This document shows positions 36,464 to 38,509 of a stretch of 38,509 nucleotides of DNA, piece after piece. The notes under the pieces are model-generated. The model did no database searches. It was not told the origin of the DNA and saw nothing but the letters and a program-made list of their open reading frames with translations. The position numbers and the translations under genes were made by a program. The stretch lies in sequence record DRR723986_10911. One strand, given 5' to 3'. Position 1 is the stretch's first letter; each line of letters opens with the position of its first letter.

Positions 36464-37720
36464 TCAGCTTCCGCCTTCGGGCAGGGGAGTGCCTTTGGGC
36501 CAAATTAGCCACATTTTCAAGGGTTGACGGGTCAGGCCAGCGGCCGTACCCGCTTCTTCTCCTGTTCCCCAAAAATAGTCAGCACGAATTCGCCCGCGAA
36601 TGGCGCCTCCCGTATCTTGTGCCAAGGTGCCCTGTGCGATGGGTGCGTTGGTCACCGGGTTACTGGACTCGATCCAGATCGGGCTTCCATATGGTACTTT
36701 CTCACGGTCAATCGCCAAGCTGAGTTGACCTGTCAAGGGAACACCCATGGCGCCTATCGGGCCCTCCTGTGGGCGCAGTACTTTGTTTTCCTTGAAAAAT
36801 ACCACGCTCGGGTTGGCATTCAGCAAATCATCCAGTTTGCCTGGGTTGGCTTTCGCCCAGTTTCTGATGCCTGGAATCGTGGCTTGTGCAGCAGTCAGTT
36901 CGCCTCGGTCTACCAGCACCTTTCCGATGGATTTGTAGGGGTGACCATTTTGTTCGGCGTAACTCAAGCGAATCACGCTGCCGTCGGGCAGCGTCACTCG
37001 GCCCGAACCTTGAACCTGCAACAGGAATGCATCCAGTTTGTCGTCTACCCAGACAATCGGTTTTTCCCGGTCTGGCCCCAGGCGCTCCCATTCCGCCCGG
37101 TCAAAGAAGGGAACCAGGGTGTTGCCTTGCAGGCGACCGCGCAGGCGTTTTCCCTTCAGCTCGGGATATTGCTCGTCCAGTTTGACCGTAATCAAATCGG
37201 CTGGCACACCGTACAGCGGCGCATTGTAGGCTCCCTGTGCCTTGCGCGAACCTTTCAGCATTGGCTCGAAATAACCTGTGAGTAAACCCTCTTTCCTGCC
37301 ATCTTCCTGCTGGAATTGCCACACATCGAAATTCGCTTCCATCCATATTTGTGCCGGTAGCAAGGCATTCCCGCTCAAGTTCTGTCGAGCTTTGCGACAG
37401 GCTTCCAGCAAACCAGCGGGTGTGGCTTTGCGTTTTGCCAGTGCGTTGCCATTGACTGAACATTGCTCAGCAAAGGCCTCCAGAAAACGTCCGTGATCGG
37501 TAGTGCTCCAGCCAGGCAAGCTTGAGAAGTCTGCCTTTACAAACAAAGGTAAGGCTGGTTTTTCCTCTTTTTTCTCGGCTTGAGCCTGTTTTTCTCCTGC
37601 GGGGCATGAACATTCAGCCGATTTCGGGGTCGGAGCAGTAGCGCATCCAGATAGAATCAAGGCGGCCAGCACGGTGCTGGGCCACCAACAACGGAGTGGA
37701 TTGGACATGTGGTTACTCAT
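36464..37720 (-). CDS. mltA: Membrane-bound lytic murein transglycosylase A
   Basis: Lipobox LSGC, GLLTGYFEP, FLLQVQGSG, NGHPYKSIG, AQDTGGAIRG.IRADYFWG. Start uncertain (37720/37708/37762). Confidence 0.93.
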   Translation of the reverse strand: MSNHMSNPLRCWWPSTVLAALILSGCATAPTPKSAECSCPAGEKQAQAEKKEEKPALPLFVKADFSSLPGWSTTDHGRFLEAFAEQCSVNGNALAKRKATPAGLLEACRKARQNLSGNALLPAQIWMEANFDVWQFQQEDGRKEGLLTGYFEPMLKGSRKAQGAYNAPLYGVPADLITVKLDEQYPELKGKRLRGRLQGNTLVPFFDRAEWERLGPDREKPIVWVDDKLDAFLLQVQGSGRVTLPDGSVIRLSYAEQNGHPYKSIGKVLVDRGELTAAQATIPGIRNWAKANPGKLDDLLNANPSVVFFKENKVLRPQEGPIGAMGVPLTGQLSLAIDREKVPYGSPIWIESSNPVTNAPIAQGTLAQDTGGAIRGRIRADYFWGTGEEAGTAAGLTRQPLKMWLIWPKGTPLPEGGS

Positions 37721-37853
37721 TGCGGAAATGGTGTTGGCTTTGGGCCTGATCGTGTTCATCATGTGGTGGACGCTTAGAGCCAGGGTAGATCATCCAGTCG
37801 AAAAATCCGATGATGAATCATCCAAACCCGGCAAATCAGCAGACGGGGATTAG
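37707..37853 (+). CDS. Candidate 48-aa single-pass membrane protein, antisense to apaG-mltA
   Basis: MWLLIAEMVLALGLIVFIMWWTLRARVDHPVEKSDDESSKPGKSADGD; GGAG upstream; fills the apaG-mltA gap. Confidence 0.55.
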   Translation: MWLLIAEMVLALGLIVFIMWWTLRARVDHPVEKSDDESSKPGKSADGD

Positions 37854-38233
37854 TGCAGTACCCTGGGCATGGACAGCAAAAACTCGGGCACTGGTACATC
37901 AAATTGTTCACCACCTTCGCCCACAAAGGTGTATTTGCCTTTCATGGTACCCACCGGGGTGGGTAGCGGGCAGCCGCTGGTGTACTCAAACCGTTCGCCA
38001 GGTCGCAGGGTGGGTTGTTCACCCACAACGCCATCTCCTTTCACCTCCTGAACAATGTTGTGGGCGTCGGTGATTATCCAGTGGCGACTGAGCAACTGCG
38101 CGGTTTGTTCGCCCACATTCTCAATTTCGATGGTGTAAGCGAACACATAAGGGCCTTTGTCCTTGTCGCTCTGCTCTTCCAGAAACTGGGTGCTGACTCG
38201 AACTTCAAACTGATAAGGTGACGGGCTGCTCAT
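37850..38233 (-). CDS. apaG: ApaG protein
   Basis: YVFAYTI.I.N, QLLSRHWIITD, EVKGDGVVGEQP, FEYTSGCPL.TP.GTM.G.Y, PRVLH. Confidence 0.97.
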   Translation of the reverse strand: MSSPSPYQFEVRVSTQFLEEQSDKDKGPYVFAYTIEIENVGEQTAQLLSRHWIITDAHNIVQEVKGDGVVGEQPTLRPGERFEYTSGCPLPTPVGTMKGKYTFVGEGGEQFDVPVPEFLLSMPRVLH

Positions 38234-38384
38234 GCGGTGTGGCTTGTGAATGTTGCTCTGGATTTCAAGTATGACTTCAAACCCCTGATTTCACAAATCC
38301 GAAGCCGCTTTCTAGGTCATTTGCCGAGGGTAACTTCGTTTAAACTCTTGCTTTGATTGTCGAATTCTCCATCGAAGGCCAACC

Positions 38385-38509
38385 ATGAACCCGTTTGTAA
38401 TCGCTCCCAGTATCCTTTCTGCTGACTTTGCCCGATTGGGTGAAGAGGTGAAAAATGTGATTGCAGCGGGCGCAGACTGGGTGCACTTCGATGTGATGGA
38501 CAATCATTA
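38385..38509 (+). CDS. rpe: Ribulose-phosphate 3-epimerase, 3'-truncated by window edge
   Basis: [41 protein letters not shown] read directly from 38385. Confidence 0.96.
   Translation, partial: MNPFVIAPSILSADFARLGEEVKNVIAAGADWVHFDVMDNH

Overview
Bacterial chromosomal window. The conserved rpe/apaG/mltA, dsbC, ubi-hydroxylase and tRNA-Phe block at the right end suggests Betaproteobacteria (Burkholderiales); this is inference only. The left ~11.6 kb is the most unusual part. It holds a partial PPIase, two prepilin-like genes that lack Glu+5, and a 2268-aa surface-fibre gene. That protein has a pseudopilin-like N-domain, three modules of 17-aa N-T-A-V-G repeats, an internal Peptidase_S74-type self-cleaving chaperone motif and a coiled-coil/beta C-terminus. 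It is followed by a TIGR03032-like gene, cysC and a nucleotide-sugar epimerase homologue whose catalytic YxxxK has become DxxxQ. The middle carries a hydrolase lipoprotein, TetR, a DUF1302/DUF1329/YCF48/RND uptake-like cluster, an aldehyde dehydrogenase, two orphan ParA genes, an Ntn acylase, a degenerate receiver protein behind a sigma54-like promoter, an orphan TadG-like gene, and a GAF-PAS / porin / small periplasmic protein trio. The right end is housekeeping and includes an unannotated 48-aa antisense membrane ORF. No integrase, transposase or CRISPR array was seen. All family assignments come from motif recognition by eye, not database searches.
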